Source of the DNA: a bacterium
GTDB lineage: Bacteria; Krumholzibacteriota; Krumholzibacteriia; G020349025
Length of the DNA: 64,000 bases
Assembly (NCBI GenBank): GCA_031362565.1
Contig: JANLSU010000014.1
Coordinates: 32,001 to 96,000, forward strand
Direction of reading: 5' to 3'
Below, piece after piece: positions 63,131 to 64,000 of the stretch (its first letter is position 1; every line of letters begins with the position of its first letter). Below the pieces are notes generated by a model. It had not been told where the DNA came from. It ran no database searches and worked only from the letters and a program-made list of their open reading frames with translations. A program made the translations under genes and the position numbers.

Positions 63131-63164
63131 GCGGGAGCCCACCAAGGGCTCCCGCATTTGTTTT
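63131..63164 (+). terminator. Intrinsic terminator after tRNA-Pro
   Basis: GCGGGAGCCC-ACCAA-GGGCTCCCGC followed by ATTTGTTTT. Confidence 0.85.
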
Positions 63165-63172
63165 GGTACGCG

Positions 63173-64000
63173 TCAGATCATGCGGCCGGCGAGGTGGCGC
63201 ACGATGAGCGCGACGAAACTGCCCGAGGTGACGAGACCGAGCGTCAGTACGCGATCGTGATTGGCGATCGTGCGCGCCGGGTCGTAGTGACGCGACCACA
63301 GTGCGACGACGGCGCACAGCGCCAGCAACGCGACGACGAGGAAGATCGTTTCAGCAGTCGTGAACACGGTCTGCGCTGCCGGCAGAGCGGTAAGAAGCGC
63401 GAGCCCGAAACACGCGAGCGTCGTCCGGAATACAATGCGCGGCCCGAAGCGGGCGGCGAAACTCCGGTCACCGCGTGCCAGGTCTTCTTCGATCTGGAAC
63501 ACTTGCGTCAGCGGATACAACCCGGTCACGAGCAACGTCGCCGCCAGCCCGCCGCAGACGAGCGCGACATTGAATTGCGGCCAGCCCGCCGGCACCGCCA
63601 CGACCGCGCCCGCCAAGAAACCCAACAGGCCCTGGCCAAAAGCCACGACGAGCAGGCTCGACGCCGGGCCGTTCTTGAGACGAACGCGTGGATGGGAGTA
63701 CGCAATGCTGAGCAGCGCGATGGCGGCGTACACGAGGCTGAACGGCAGGCCGGCAAGGGGAGCCAGCAGCGCTCCGGCGGCCATAAAGCCGAGGCCGCCC
63801 CATAAACAGAAACGGCCCGCCGGCGGCGGGGCACGCAGCCCAGTCACCGGGCCTTTGTCTTGATCGTAGTACGAGTTGTAAGCCGTCGTGCCGCCGTACA
63901 ACAAGAGGTGCAGCACCAGGAACGCGACGGCGGCGCGGCGATCCGGAACGCCACCGGCGAGCAGGAAAGCCCACAAGAAAATGCCCGAGAGAATCAGTTG
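63173..64000 (-). CDS. UbiA-family membrane prenyltransferase (5' partial)
   Basis: Multi-TM; NSYYDQD, YSHP..RLK, QIEED..RGD motifs; frame open to the window edge. Confidence 0.8.
   Translation of the reverse strand, partial: QLILSGIFLWAFLLAGGVPDRRAAVAFLVLHLLLYGGTTAYNSYYDQDKGPVTGLRAPPPAGRFCLWGGLGFMAAGALLAPLAGLPFSLVYAAIALLSIAYSHPRVRLKNGPASSLLVVAFGQGLLGFLAGAVVAVPAGWPQFNVALVCGGLAATLLVTGLYPLTQVFQIEEDLARGDRSFAARFGPRIVFRTTLACFGLALLTALPAAQTVFTTAETIFLVVALLALCAVVALWSRHYDPARTIANHDRVLTLGLVTSGSFVALIVRHLAGRMI

Overview
GC-rich bacterial chromosomal segment made up mostly of core genes on the + strand. The SecA insertions, the FlgD-Ig/T9SS-like C-terminal domain, the WD40-type Omp85 and lapAB point to a diderm of the FCB group, possibly a Latescibacterota/Krumholzibacteriota/Eisenbacteria-like candidate lineage (inference). 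Gene order: comEC (partial), purN-purC-purH-guaA, an envelope cluster (M6 metalloprotease, TPR-lytic transglycosylase, NHL protein, polyprenol-kinase-like protein, TPR protein), PQQ beta-propeller membrane protein, csp, secA-topA-xerC, Ig-like lipoprotein, dapA-dapB, peptidase/TolB/Omp85, DUF2786-like gene, rpsT, proS(-), wzi-like(-), uvrC-xerD, trpS-scpA-scpB-rluB-aroF-cmk::plsC-rpsA-lapA-lapB-mutS, GAF/degenerate-GGDEF protein, truncated DUF222/HNH-like ORF(-), mutL-miaA, tRNA-Gly(CCC), LOG(-), beta-CASP RNase(-), Gfo/Idh/MocA(-), alpha/beta-hydrolase-like gene, der-plsY-gpsA-merR, tRNA-Pro(GGG), UbiA-family gene (-, partial). I saw no CRISPR array, prophage, IS element or rRNA. The best leads are: (1) a ~180-220 nt structured RNA candidate with its own promoter and terminator upstream of the beta-CASP RNase/LOG pair; (2) a sigma-54-preceded multi-GAF protein with a dead GGDEF but intact RxxD I-site; (3) a degenerate PP2C-like/TM/PQQ-propeller receptor; (4) the miaA/LOG/RNase neighbourhood; (5) tandem DnaA boxes before an apparently leaderless mutL; and (6) modifications of core proteins (Cys-rich SecA insert, Fe-S-type TrpRS, Cmk-PlsC fusion, extended S1 and ScpB). 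All family calls come from motif recognition by eye; no searches were run. Start codons were re-chosen from RBS and overlap evidence.
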